64,000 nt of DNA from an uncultured Clostridia bacterium (GCA_964468815.1 CAYXWN010000004.1:164-64163); one strand, 5' to 3'. Counted from the stretch's first letter, positions 1 to 10,400 are shown. The notes: generated by a model not told the origin, from the letters alone. Program-made: numbers and translations.

Positions 1-1
1 A

Positions 2-109
2 GATCTCATAGCCAAAAACCAAAGACTCAAAATGGAGATAGAATACTTAAAAAAACTGAGTGCCTTAGTTCTTGCGGAAGAGCAAAAGAACGGCAAAAAG
101 CGTTCATAA
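2..109 (+). CDS. IS3 transposase OrfA, C-terminal fragment (leucine-zipper end)
   Basis: Frame 2 translates to DLIAKNQRLKMEIEYLKKLSALVLAEEQKNGKKRS*. This heptad-like Leu pattern is typical of the OrfA C-terminus. The start lies upstream of the window. Confidence 0.7.
   Translation, partial: DLIAKNQRLKMEIEYLKKLSALVLAEEQKNGKKRS
49..55 (+). promoter_or_regulatory. Candidate -1 programmed ribosomal frameshift site (A AAA AAA)
   Basis: Seven A residues are read as TTA AAA AAA CTG in the orfA frame. A -1 slip enters the orfB frame 54 nt before the orfA stop, the classic IS3 arrangement. Confidence 0.6.
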
Positions 110-144
110 TTGCTGAACTAAGGCAAAAGTATCCGCTTAAAGAT

Positions 145-945
145 TTGTTAGAGCTTTCCGGGATAGCGAGGAGTACGTATTATTACTACTTGAAGCAGAA
201 AGATAAGGACAAATACGAAAGCGAAAAGCAAGATATAATAGAAATCTACAATACTCACAAGGGAAGATACGGCTACAGACGTATTTGCTCTGAACTAAAG
301 GCAAAAGGTTATCTAATTAACCACAAAACCGTGTTAAAACTGATGAAATCACTTCATTTGCGTGGAAAACAGAGTAAAAATGGCAAGTACCACTCCTACA
401 AAGGTGAAGTTGGTAAAGTCGCAGATAATCTGCTACATAGAGATTTTCATGCAGATAAGCCATTTGAAAAACTAACAACAGACGTTACAGAGTTTAAAAT
501 CGGTGATGAGAAAATCTATTTTTCGTCCGTGCTCGATATGTTCAATCGTGAAATAATCTCTTATTCCATTTCAACAAGTCCTAACTTGCAGCAGGTTAGA
601 GATATGTTGAACGGATTGTTTGAAAAGCTTCCTACTGATGCACGACCATTATTTCACTCTGATCAAGGTTGGCAGTACCAACACGCAGAATACCAAAGAC
701 TTCTTGCCAAGCATAACATTACACAAAGCATGTCTCGGAAAGGAAACTGTATGGACAATGGTATTATGGAAAATTTCTTTGGCAGGTTGAAAGTTGAAAT
801 GTATTACGGCGAAAAATTTGAATCCCCTCGGGGATTCATTGAAAAGTTAGAAGAATACATACATTACTACAACTATGAGAGAATCTCTCTTAAACTAAAA
901 GGAATGAGCCCTGTTCAATACCGAGCTCAGTCACAAGCAATTTAA
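145..945 (+). CDS. IS3-family transposase OrfB (DDE integrase core), normally made as an OrfAB fusion
   Basis: Track ORF of 266 aa. Motifs seen: TDVTEF, HSDQGWQY and DNGIMENFFGRLKVE (D, D, E). An HTH-like stretch (GIARSTYYYYLK) is also present. The same frame is open back to base 1, consistent with frameshift-dependent expression. Confidence 0.9.
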   Translation: MLELSGIARSTYYYYLKQKDKDKYESEKQDIIEIYNTHKGRYGYRRICSELKAKGYLINHKTVLKLMKSLHLRGKQSKNGKYHSYKGEVGKVADNLLHRDFHADKPFEKLTTDVTEFKIGDEKIYFSSVLDMFNREIISYSISTSPNLQQVRDMLNGLFEKLPTDARPLFHSDQGWQYQHAEYQRLLAKHNITQSMSRKGNCMDNGIMENFFGRLKVEMYYGEKFESPRGFIEKLEEYIHYYNYERISLKLKGMSPVQYRAQSQAI

Positions 946-957
946 TATTTTATTTTG

Positions 958-980
958 TCTAAACTTTTGGGTTCACTTCA
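958..980. repeat. Candidate right terminal inverted repeat of the IS
   Basis: TCTAAACTTTTGGGTTCACTTCA ends in CA. Its reverse complement starts TGAAGTGAACCC..., matching the IS3-family TG...CA termini. The left IR is outside the window, so pairing cannot be verified. Confidence 0.45.
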
Positions 981-1026
981 GTTTTAGCCGTTCGGGTTCT
1001 CTTTTTTATATTGATTATTCTTTTGA

Positions 1027-2307
1027 TTATTCTTCTACTTTCAAAACGCTCTCGATGCCCAACACTTCTTCCAATTCGTTGAATTTCAATAACGCCTTTT
1101 GAATTTGCGATTCGCGCGTTTCGTGCGTGATCAGTACCAAAATCGCAACGCCGCATTCCGAACTGAATTGCTCTACTAAATGCATTCCGATGTCGTTTTT
1201 GCCTATGATACCGCAAATCTTTGCTAAAACGCCGTTTTGGTCTTTTACTTTCATGCGGATAAAAAATTTACTCAAAAAATCAGAAGAAAATTTGGTCGCT
1301 TTATCCGCTTCCTTTGTGTTTTCAAAAGTGGAATACGAAATATCCGAATGTTTTGCGGCGTAAATAACGTCGCTCACGATAGCGCTGCCCGTCGGAAGCG
1401 CGCCTGCTCCTCTGCCGTACAACATAATATCGCCAACCGATTCGCCGACGAGTTTGACCGCGTTAAAGGCATCCGAAACAGCCGCCAACGGGTTTTTATT
1501 GCTCACCAAAGCAGGCTGTACGCGCACCTCGATTCCTTTATCCGTCTGTTTTCCGATTCCCAAAAGTTTGATCGTATATCCGAGTTTTTTCCCGTAATAA
1601 ATATCCTCTTGCGTTACGGACGTGATCCCGGTACGGTGAATCTTTTCCAACGGGATTTTCGTATTGAACGCGAGCGAAGATAAAATCGAAAGTTTATACG
1701 CGGCGTCAAATCCCTCGACGTCCGCCGTCGGATCTGCCTCCGCATAACCGAGCGACTGCGCCTCTTTCAGCACGTCTTGATAAGAACTGCCGTCGGAAGC
1801 CATTTTCGTCAAAATATAATTGGTCGTACCGTTGATAATCCCGGTAATGGAAGAAATTTTGTTTGCTTGCGTTCCGTCTAAAAGCGTACGAATGATCGGA
1901 ACGCCGCCGACGCAACTCGCCTCGAAATAAAGCCCGACGTTCATATTCCGCGCTTCCTCTTCCAATTCGTACCAATATTTACAAACCAACTCTTTGTTGG
2001 ACGTAACGACGGACTTTCCGCTGCGAAGCGCCTTTAATACGAACGAGCGCGCAAGTTCTATGCCGCCGATCACCTCGATTACGATATCGACGTTTGGATT
2101 GGTAACAACCTCTTCGATACTCCCGGCGACTGCTTGCAGAGGGATTCCCAATGCCTCCGCGCGCGCCGGATTGCGTTCCAACACACTCTCCACCGCAATA
2201 TCCAACTGCTGCGTTTTTTGGTAAAACGCGCGATTGTCGGTCAGAATCCGATACGTTCCGCTTCCGACGACGCCAAGTCCTAAAATGGCTACTCCGACTT
2301 TTTTCAT
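1027..2307 (-). CDS. hom: Homoserine dehydrogenase
   Basis: 426 aa. N-terminal NAD fold (VAILGLGVVGSG), a central homoserine-DH domain and a C-terminal ACT-like domain. Confidence 0.93.
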   Translation of the reverse strand: MKKVGVAILGLGVVGSGTYRILTDNRAFYQKTQQLDIAVESVLERNPARAEALGIPLQAVAGSIEEVVTNPNVDIVIEVIGGIELARSFVLKALRSGKSVVTSNKELVCKYWYELEEEARNMNVGLYFEASCVGGVPIIRTLLDGTQANKISSITGIINGTTNYILTKMASDGSSYQDVLKEAQSLGYAEADPTADVEGFDAAYKLSILSSLAFNTKIPLEKIHRTGITSVTQEDIYYGKKLGYTIKLLGIGKQTDKGIEVRVQPALVSNKNPLAAVSDAFNAVKLVGESVGDIMLYGRGAGALPTGSAIVSDVIYAAKHSDISYSTFENTKEADKATKFSSDFLSKFFIRMKVKDQNGVLAKICGIIGKNDIGMHLVEQFSSECGVAILVLITHETRESQIQKALLKFNELEEVLGIESVLKVEE

Positions 2308-3086
2308 TGGTGATCCTCCGGTTTATTTAAGTTGTAAATCATTTTCAAGCCTTCCAAGGTCAAAGTCCGATCGAATTTCGTAATGCAAGAAACCTCGCGC
2401 GCGATAATTTCTCCCATGCCGCCCGTAGCGATTACCGTGAGAGAATCTACCCTCAACTCCCGTTTGATTTTCGCAATGATATTTTCTACCAACCCGGCAA
2501 AGCCGAATATAATGCCGGCTTGCATGGCGGATTCCGTATTCTTCCCCAACACGCTCTTCGGAACGCCGAGTTCGATCATAGGAAGTTGCGCCGTCCCGTG
2601 CACCAAACTTTCAAGCGCGGTTTTGATCCCCGGAGCGATAATGCACCCGACAAGTTCTTGCTTTGCGGTGATGACGTCAAACGTCGTCGCCGTGCCGAAA
2701 TCAATTAAAACAACCGGTCCGCCGTACTTGCGAAACGCGGCCACACTGTTGACGATAATATCCGCTCCGACCTCGCGCGGATTTTCCGCCTTGATATTAA
2801 GTCCCGTCTTTACCCCCGGTCCGATCATGATCGGCGTTTTTCCGAAAAAATACTCGCACATATGCGCGATTGTATAATTCAGCGACGGAATCACCGAAGA
2901 AACGATGATCCCCTCGACGGATTCTCTCGCAATATTCTTACTGCTTAACAAATTCAACAAAACGACTCCGTATTCGTCCGCCGTTTTGGTCATGCGGGAA
3001 GAAACGCGGAAACTCGCTTTCAGTTCGTCGCCGTCAAAGACGCCGTATTTAATATTCGTATTGCCGATATCAATCGTTAAAAGCAT
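2304..3086 (-). CDS. coaX: Type III pantothenate kinase
   Basis: 260 aa starting MLLTIDIGNTNIKYGVF, with ...DFGTATTFD... and ...ATGGMG. This is the ASKHA fold typical of CoaX. It has a 4-bp overlap with the hom start. Confidence 0.93.
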   Translation of the reverse strand: MLLTIDIGNTNIKYGVFDGDELKASFRVSSRMTKTADEYGVVLLNLLSSKNIARESVEGIIVSSVIPSLNYTIAHMCEYFFGKTPIMIGPGVKTGLNIKAENPREVGADIIVNSVAAFRKYGGPVVLIDFGTATTFDVITAKQELVGCIIAPGIKTALESLVHGTAQLPMIELGVPKSVLGKNTESAMQAGIIFGFAGLVENIIAKIKRELRVDSLTVIATGGMGEIIAREVSCITKFDRTLTLEGLKMIYNLNKPEDHQ

Positions 3087-3113
3087 ATTTTTTCTCCTTT
3101 CTTAACGATAGTG

Positions 3114-3731
3114 TCAATCTATCGCGTTGATCACGGTGTATAATGCCGGCGCACAAATCAAATTGATCGCAAATTCTACGAGAAAATTGGTCCCGGCACA
3201 ACCGATCACCAAAAAATAAATCACGGTTGAGCCTGCCTCTACGAAATTAATCGCCAACACGTCGCTCAACATCGTCAACGCGCCTAAAATAAACAGCCCC
3301 GTATTGAGAACGGGCGCGACGGCTGCCGCGACGAACACGGCAACGTACCCATTCTTCCGCGCGAGCAAGCGATACGAAAGAGCCGCCCCAAGCCCGGCGA
3401 TCGTTCCCTTCCCCAAACAAATCAAGGAAGTAGCGAGCGGACCGTTTTGAAAGAGCGTTGCCGTAAACAAATCCGTACCGAATATGCCGTAAAGTAACGT
3501 GATCACCCCGAATACGGAGCCCAACAAAGCGCCGACACGCGGTCCTAATAAAATTCCGCCCAATACGATGGGAATTAAAACCAAACTAAAACTCGTCGTG
3601 CCGATCGTGATCGAACCTGCAAAGCATTGCAACAATACGACCAGCGCCAATAAAACGGCGAACCAAGTAATATTCCGTGCGGTGAAAAAGGGCTTTTTCT
3701 CTTTACCTGTGTTGTTTTGTGTTTGTTCCAT
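3114..3731 (-). CDS. ECF-transporter S component (substrate-capture subunit), possibly pantothenate-specific (PanT-like)
   Basis: About 205 aa with about 6 TM helices and Gly/Ala-rich helices typical of ECF S components. I chose the ATG at 3731, preceded by GGAGG, over the TTG at 3743. Specificity is only inferred from adjacency to coaX. Confidence 0.65.
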   Translation of the reverse strand: MEQTQNNTGKEKKPFFTARNITWFAVLLALVVLLQCFAGSITIGTTSFSLVLIPIVLGGILLGPRVGALLGSVFGVITLLYGIFGTDLFTATLFQNGPLATSLICLGKGTIAGLGAALSYRLLARKNGYVAVFVAAAVAPVLNTGLFILGALTMLSDVLAINFVEAGSTVIYFLVIGCAGTNFLVEFAINLICAPALYTVINAID

Positions 3732-3979
3732 TTTTGCCTCCAATCAAATTTCCGAATAGAATATCTGTTGTAAAAAAACAAACTCTGTTCCGTTGTAACG
3801 TCAAATCCCCTAAGGGTATCTGCAATTCAAATTTTAACATAAAATTTCATTTTTATCAACTGTTTGTAAGGGACAGTAACATTTTTCAAAAAAACCGCTT
3901 ACAATAAAGTATGAGATACTTCGCCAAATAAAATTTTTACATATCGGCGAAAGTGGAAAGAAAAACCGGAGGTACTATT

Positions 3980-4177
3980 ATGAATGGATTTTGTTTTGAC
4001 CAGAACAACTGCAATCTTTGGATTTTGCTCCTTCTCGTTCTCTGCGTTTGCAAAAGCGGCTGCCTGAACGGAATTTTGAACAGTTGTTACGCATTGCCGA
4101 TCGCCCTCGCGCTGATCTGCTGCTTCTGCAAAAACGGCGGAGGCGGTTTCTTTAACACGGGGTGCGGCTGCAAATAA
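3980..4177 (+). CDS. Small Cys/Gly-rich hydrophobic protein (65 aa, 11 Cys)
   Basis: GGAGG lies 6 nt upstream of the ATG at 3980. The sequence is MNGFCFDQNNCNLWILLLLVLCVCKSGC...ICCFCKNGGGGFFNTGCGCK. A strong hairpin terminator follows. Confidence 0.6.
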   Translation: MNGFCFDQNNCNLWILLLLVLCVCKSGCLNGILNSCYALPIALALICCFCKNGGGGFFNTGCGCK

Positions 4178-4217
4178 GAAGCCTAAAAACCTCTCGAATC
4201 TTACGCTTCATTGTCCG

Positions 4218-4250
4218 AAAGAGGCGCACCGAACGGTGCGCCTCTTTCCT
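4218..4250. terminator. Bidirectional rho-independent terminator
   Basis: AAAGAGGCGCACC / GGTGCGCCTCTTT forms a 13-bp stem with a short loop, and T/A runs lie on both sides. It sits between convergent genes. Confidence 0.75.
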
Positions 4251-4718
4251 TTATTCGTTTTCTTCTTCGTATTTCTCAATGATAAGCCCGGCTTCCGCAA
4301 ACAACCGCAACGAAAAATCGTCCGGATAGCCGTACCGATAGACGACGCGGCGAATCCCTGCGTTAATGATCATGCGCGCGCAAATCACGCACGGCTGGTG
4401 AGTACAATAAAGCGTCGCCCCGTCCACGCTGACGCCCAACCTCGCCGCCTGTATAATAGCGTTCTGCTCTGCGTGCACCGCATAACAAACCTCTTGACAA
4501 GTACCGGACGGAATGTTCTTTTCCCGTCTTAAACAATTTTGCCGATCGACGCACGTAGAAACGCCGACGGGCGCGCCGTTATACCCCGTCGTCATGATTC
4601 TCTTATCCTTGACGATCACCGCGCCGATATGGCGGTTCTCTTGATAACAACTAGACCACCCTGCAACCGTTTCCGCAAGTTCCATAAAACGACGATCCCA
4701 TTTATCCATCATAAACAC
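4251..4718 (-). CDS. comEB: dCMP deaminase (ComEB family)
   Basis: 155 aa with the zinc-deaminase motifs HAEQNA and PCVICA. Confidence 0.9.
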   Translation of the reverse strand: MFMMDKWDRRFMELAETVAGWSSCYQENRHIGAVIVKDKRIMTTGYNGAPVGVSTCVDRQNCLRREKNIPSGTCQEVCYAVHAEQNAIIQAARLGVSVDGATLYCTHQPCVICARMIINAGIRRVVYRYGYPDDFSLRLFAEAGLIIEKYEEENE

Positions 4719-4820
4719 CCTCTTAATTCCTTTTTACTATCATAACATACGGCGACGGAATTTGCAAACAATTTATTTTTTTATTTGACAAAATTTTCGA
4801 TTTTTTTTCTTTCAAATCAT

Positions 4821-4848
4821 TTGACAATTTTATTTTAATGACTATAAT
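4821..4848 (+). promoter_or_regulatory. Sigma-A type promoter of groESL
   Basis: TTGACA (4821-4826), a 16-nt spacer, then TATAAT (4843-4848), directly upstream of CIRCE. Confidence 0.75.
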
Positions 4849-4852
4849 AGAA

Positions 4853-4879
4853 TTAGCACTTGAATAAAAAGAGTGCTAA
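4853..4879 (+). promoter_or_regulatory. CIRCE operator (HrcA binding site)
   Basis: TTAGCACTT-N9-GAGTGCTAA is a near-perfect match to the consensus TTAGCACTC-N9-GAGTGCTAA. Confidence 0.92.
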
Positions 4880-4917
4880 CACTATTAGGAATCAATTGCA
4901 AGGAGGCAAACGAAGTT

Positions 4918-5202
4918 ATGAATATCAGACCTTTATTCGACAAGGTTGTGGTAGAAGCTTGCGAAGCGCAAGAAACCACGAAGTCGGGATTCATTCTCCC
5001 CTCTTCCGCACAGGAAAAACAACAGACTGCAAAAGTTGTTGCGGTCGGCCCCGGAGGCGTAATCGACGGGAAGGAAGTCGTTATGCAGGTAAAAGTCGGT
5101 GAAACCGTTCTCTACTCGAAATACGCAGGAAGCGAATTTAAAGTAGACGGAAAGGAATTCACCATCATCCGTCAAAGCGATATTTTGGCGGTCGTAGAAT
5201 AA
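4918..5202 (+). CDS. groES: Co-chaperonin GroES
   Basis: 94 aa starting MNIRPLFDKVVV. AGGAGG lies upstream of the ATG at 4918; the track ORF starts earlier at 4873. Confidence 0.97.
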   Translation: MNIRPLFDKVVVEACEAQETTKSGFILPSSAQEKQQTAKVVAVGPGGVIDGKEVVMQVKVGETVLYSKYAGSEFKVDGKEFTIIRQSDILAVVE

Positions 5203-6843
<1,641 letters not shown>

Positions 6844-6851
6844 TCGCCAAA

Positions 6852-6873
6852 AAACGCGGCTTTCCGCCGCGTT
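6852..6873 (+). terminator. groESL terminator hairpin 1
   Basis: AAACGCGGC-tttcc-GCCGCGTTT. Confidence 0.55.
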
Positions 6874-6885
6874 TACTCTCCCCCA

Positions 6886-6927
6886 AAAGCCCTCGGCGTA
6901 TCAAAACGCCGAGGGCTTTCCCTTTTT
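6886..6927. terminator. Bidirectional terminator between groEL and the convergent ABC operon
   Basis: AAAGCCCTCGGCG / CGCCGAGGGCTTT forms a 13-bp stem. It is followed by CCCTTTTT on the plus strand and by a T-run on the minus strand. Confidence 0.75.
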
Positions 6928-6934
6928 AATTTTC

Positions 6935-7750
6935 TTATACCAAACTCGTTTTCGTTAAAATCACGTTGCTGATCGCGCCCATGCCGACCGAAAACCCGAT
7001 ACTGCCGACGAAACACAAGATCACGTGAATCATGCTTGCGTTCAGCGGACTCGCGACGGATATCACCATAAACAAAAACATTTCCACGCCGAGCGAAAGA
7101 CAGATCGCAAGCCACGATCTTTGTTTTCCGATCACACTCATCGTCAAGAACACGGAAACGAAAATCGGAACGAGCAAGACCTTGGAAAGAACCGAACAAA
7201 CCAAATTGAACGCGTTAAAACCCGTCATTTCAAACGAAAGCCCCGACACGCCTCCGCCGATAACCGAACCCAACACGAACGCAACGATCATGATTCCGCC
7301 CCCGATCGAACCTACGATGGTTTTGGAAATAACGTAATCCGTCTTTTTGGAACGGACGGTAAAAAGATTTTTTGCGTAGCCGCTTCTGAAATCGTCGCAA
7401 ACGAAAACGCATACGAGAACGGCGATCGCAAAATACATCATATTGATATTGCACATAGACACCAAATCCATGCTCGTTCCCGTTTGCTGAGCTCCACCGG
7501 CAGCGTTTAACGAGCCGAGAATCTGCCAAACGTAATCAAAGCCCTTTATTACCGTTTCTTGCCCCGTTTGCGGATTCGAGGAGACCGTGCCGTCCATCAT
7601 CGTCGTCATGACGAGAATTAAAATAGGCACGACAAGGGCGATTCCGACCATGATATAAAAGAAAGGACTGACGAATAATCTTCTCGTATCGACCTTTAAC
7701 ATGCTTTTCAATCTTTTTGTAAAAGAATTCCGTTCAAACGTCTTTTCCAT
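6935..7750 (-). CDS. ABC-2 type transporter permease (copy 1)
   Basis: 271 aa with 6 predicted TM helices. The N-terminus (ERNSFTKRLKSMLKVDTRRLF) is paralogous to the 8666-9496 product. Confidence 0.8.
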   Translation of the reverse strand: MEKTFERNSFTKRLKSMLKVDTRRLFVSPFFYIMVGIALVVPILILVMTTMMDGTVSSNPQTGQETVIKGFDYVWQILGSLNAAGGAQQTGTSMDLVSMCNINMMYFAIAVLVCVFVCDDFRSGYAKNLFTVRSKKTDYVISKTIVGSIGGGIMIVAFVLGSVIGGGVSGLSFEMTGFNAFNLVCSVLSKVLLVPIFVSVFLTMSVIGKQRSWLAICLSLGVEMFLFMVISVASPLNASMIHVILCFVGSIGFSVGMGAISNVILTKTSLV

Positions 7751-7751
7751 T

Positions 7752-8654
7752 TTATCTTGCTCCTTTGCTCTTCATAAGGTCAATATAATATTCCTCTAAA
7801 CCGATTTTGTCCGTTCTGATCTCGTTTACCAAAACGCCCTCCGCGTAAAGATAGGAAACGATTTCTTCGGGCGAAACTTGATCATAAACACGGAGATATC
7901 CGCTTTCGTCCTCTTCCACGCGCAAATATTTCTTTTTCAAAAGCGTTTTCGCCTCTTCCATTTTGCTTGCTCCGATCGCAACGAACGTTCGACAACTGTC
8001 TTCCAACTCTTGCGCGGTCATTTCGGCAATCATTTTACCGCCGCGAACAATGCCGTAATGGGTGGCGACCTTTTCCAATTCGCCCAAAATATGCGAGGAT
8101 ATTACAAGCGTTACTCCCTTTTGCGCCAAGGACGTAAAAACTTCTCTCATAATGCGCATACCGTCCGCGTCCAAGCCGTTAATCGGCTCGTCCAATATGA
8201 GGAGATCGGGATTTCCCAAAAGCGCCATCGCGATGCCGATCCGCTGTTTCATGCCGAGCGAACAATTTTTATACCGATTCCCGGCGGCGCCCTCCATGCG
8301 AACGAGTTTTAATATTTTTCTGATTTCGTCGTCCGAATTTTCTATGCTTAAATTGTCCGCTTGTAATTTCAGGTTGTTCCAGACGGTCATGTTCGGAAAA
8401 CACCCGGGGGCTTCGATCAAAACGCCCACCTTTGCCCGTACGTCTGCGTCCGTACCGTCTCTTCCGAAAAGACTTACGCTTCCGCCGCTCGCATGAATGA
8501 GTCCACAAATAATTTTTTCCGTCGTGGATTTTCCCGATCCGTTCTCCCCGATAAAGCCGTAAATACTGCCGACGGGGACAGTCATGTTTAAGCCTTGCAG
8601 GGCTTGTTTTTCGCCGAAATTCTTGGTTAAATTTTTGATTTCGATTGCATTCAT
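7752..8654 (-). CDS. ABC transporter ATP-binding protein (copy 1)
   Basis: Walker A GENGSGKST, signature LGMKQR and Walker B LLILDEP. I chose the ATG at 8654, preceded by AAGGAGA; this gives 300 aa, the same as the paralogue. The track ORF has a 42-codon upstream extension. Confidence 0.9.
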   Translation of the reverse strand: MNAIEIKNLTKNFGEKQALQGLNMTVPVGSIYGFIGENGSGKSTTEKIICGLIHASGGSVSLFGRDGTDADVRAKVGVLIEAPGCFPNMTVWNNLKLQADNLSIENSDDEIRKILKLVRMEGAAGNRYKNCSLGMKQRIGIAMALLGNPDLLILDEPINGLDADGMRIMREVFTSLAQKGVTLVISSHILGELEKVATHYGIVRGGKMIAEMTAQELEDSCRTFVAIGASKMEEAKTLLKKKYLRVEEDESGYLRVYDQVSPEEIVSYLYAEGVLVNEIRTDKIGLEEYYIDLMKSKGAR

Positions 8655-8665
8655 GACAATTCTCC

Positions 8666-9496
8666 TTAATACACGTCGCTTTTGCTTAAAAGATACGAGC
8701 CGAATACGATATAAATTCCCGTCCAGGCAAGCGATACGACGATGCAGTTGACGATCGTAAAAAGATTGCTCGTTAAGCACGCAAATACGGACGAGCCGTA
8801 TAAAAACACGTTGAGGACGGGCGCATTCCCTACGATAGAGCCGATTCCGATCACCAAAACGCCCGTTCCGAAAAAGAACGACGACGCGATGGATACGCCG
8901 AAATATTTTCTAAAAATCACGTTTAAGAACGTGTAAAGGCTCGCCCAGCCTAAACTCATAACCGTTTTCCCGACGATCGCGCAAAGCAAGTTTCCTACGT
9001 TGACGGCAAAAGACGTTTGCGTAAAAATCCCGGCGGCGATACTGCCGAACAAATAAGCGACGCACATGCACGCCATGGCAAATGCGCAAACAAGCGTTTT
9101 AGAGAGCATATAATCTTCTTTTTTAGGATGCGTCGTGAACAGTTGCTTTACGTAGCCGCTTTTATAATCGTGTCCGATAAAAATAGAAACCATAATGCCG
9201 CCGAAAATGAAAACCATATTCATGTTGGCGTACTTATCAATCCCCTCAAAGCCGTAAATCGGCGTATCGGCGGCGATTGCTTGCCAAACGTTGGTGAATA
9301 ACGGTTGGCTTACCTCTCCGTTCGGACCGCTCATTCCCGTCATCGCGATCAGCATTGCCGGAATAATTGCGGCAATCCCCAAGAAAATATAAAATAGAGG
9401 CGTATGGAATAAACGGTAAAAGTCAACGCCGAGCATTCCCTTGATCCGTTGCTTAAAAGAGGGCGATTCAAACGTCGGTTCTCTTGATTTTTCCAT
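8666..9496 (-). CDS. ABC-2 type transporter permease (copy 2)
   Basis: 276 aa with 6 TM helices, paralogous to 6935-7750. Confidence 0.8.
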   Translation of the reverse strand: MEKSREPTFESPSFKQRIKGMLGVDFYRLFHTPLFYIFLGIAAIIPAMLIAMTGMSGPNGEVSQPLFTNVWQAIAADTPIYGFEGIDKYANMNMVFIFGGIMVSIFIGHDYKSGYVKQLFTTHPKKEDYMLSKTLVCAFAMACMCVAYLFGSIAAGIFTQTSFAVNVGNLLCAIVGKTVMSLGWASLYTFLNVIFRKYFGVSIASSFFFGTGVLVIGIGSIVGNAPVLNVFLYGSSVFACLTSNLFTIVNCIVVSLAWTGIYIVFGSYLLSKSDVY

Positions 9497-9497
9497 C

Positions 9498-10400
9498 TTA
9501 TTCGTTCTCCTTTCGGCTTATAAGTTCGATATAGTATTCTTCCAAACCGATTTTGTTCTTTTTGATTTCGTTAACCACAAACCCTTTTTGAATGAGGTAT
9601 TCCACGATTTCTTCGGAAACGTCCGCGTCGTAAACGCGGATGCAGTCTTCTTCCATACGAACGGTCGCGTATTTTTCTTCCAACGCCTTAAACGCGCCGC
9701 GCATATCCGCCGTTTTAAGAGAGGTAAACACACGCGCGCGGCTTTCCATTTCTTTTGCGGAGAGTTCCGCAATCATTTTTCCCTGCCGAATGATCCCGTA
9801 ATGGGTGGCAATCTTTTCGAGTTCGCCCAAAATATGCGACGAAATCAAAACGGTACAGCCGTAAGATTGTGTGATTTCCGCGAGAATTTCTCGCATGATC
9901 CGCATACCGTCCGTATCCAGCCCGTTAATCGGCTCGTCCAATATGAGCAGCGCGGGAGTACCCAAAAGAGCCATAGCGATGCCGATCCGCTGTTTCATGC
10001 CGAGCGAACAACTCTTGAATTTGAGCGTTTTACTCTCTTCCATGCGAACGATTTTCAGCACGCGGTCGATTTCTTCTTCTCTGTTTTCAAGCCCCAAATT
10101 GATCGCCTGCATCATTAAGTTTTGGTATACGCTAGAATTAGGAAAACACCCTGCGTTTTCGATCAACGCGCCCACGCGTACCCGTACGCCGGCATCCGTA
10201 TAATCTCTGCCAAACAACTTAATTTCTCCGCAGTCGGGCACAAGGTGTCCGCAAATGAGTTTTTCCGTCGTGGATTTTCCCGATCCGTTCTCCCCGATAA
10301 AGCCGTAAATACTGCCGACGGGAACGGTCATGTTCAAGCCGTTTACGGCGTACATACCGCGAAAACTCTTTGAAAGTCCTTTTATTTCAATCGCGTTCAT
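9498..10400 (-). CDS. ABC transporter ATP-binding protein (copy 2)
   Basis: 300 aa. It shares long identical stretches with copy 1 (GLNMTVPVGSIYGFIGENGSGKSTTEK). Confidence 0.9.
   Translation of the reverse strand: MNAIEIKGLSKSFRGMYAVNGLNMTVPVGSIYGFIGENGSGKSTTEKLICGHLVPDCGEIKLFGRDYTDAGVRVRVGALIENAGCFPNSSVYQNLMMQAINLGLENREEEIDRVLKIVRMEESKTLKFKSCSLGMKQRIGIAMALLGTPALLILDEPINGLDTDGMRIMREILAEITQSYGCTVLISSHILGELEKIATHYGIIRQGKMIAELSAKEMESRARVFTSLKTADMRGAFKALEEKYATVRMEEDCIRVYDADVSEEIVEYLIQKGFVVNEIKKNKIGLEEYYIELISRKENE

Larger units (their letters stand above)
1..980 (+). mobile_element. IS3-family insertion sequence, 3' portion (left end lies outside the window)
   Basis: Two overlapping transposase frames: orfA in frame 2 ends at 109, and orfB in frame 1 is open from base 1 to 945. 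A7 slippery run at 49-55. DDE-type residues in OrfB. Candidate right terminal repeat ends in CA at 980. By eye it is clearly more AT-rich than the adjacent hom gene. Confidence 0.85.

Noticed and set aside
959-1216. 85-aa minus-strand ORF spanning the IS end and the hom 3' end.
   Set aside because: It overlaps the well-supported hom reading frame out of frame and crosses the IS boundary. No RBS.
8655-8780. 42-codon N-terminal extension of the first ABC ATPase in the ORF track.
   Set aside because: The extension overlaps the upstream permease gene. The internal ATG at 8654 has a strong AAGGAGA RBS and gives exactly the 300-aa length of the paralogue.
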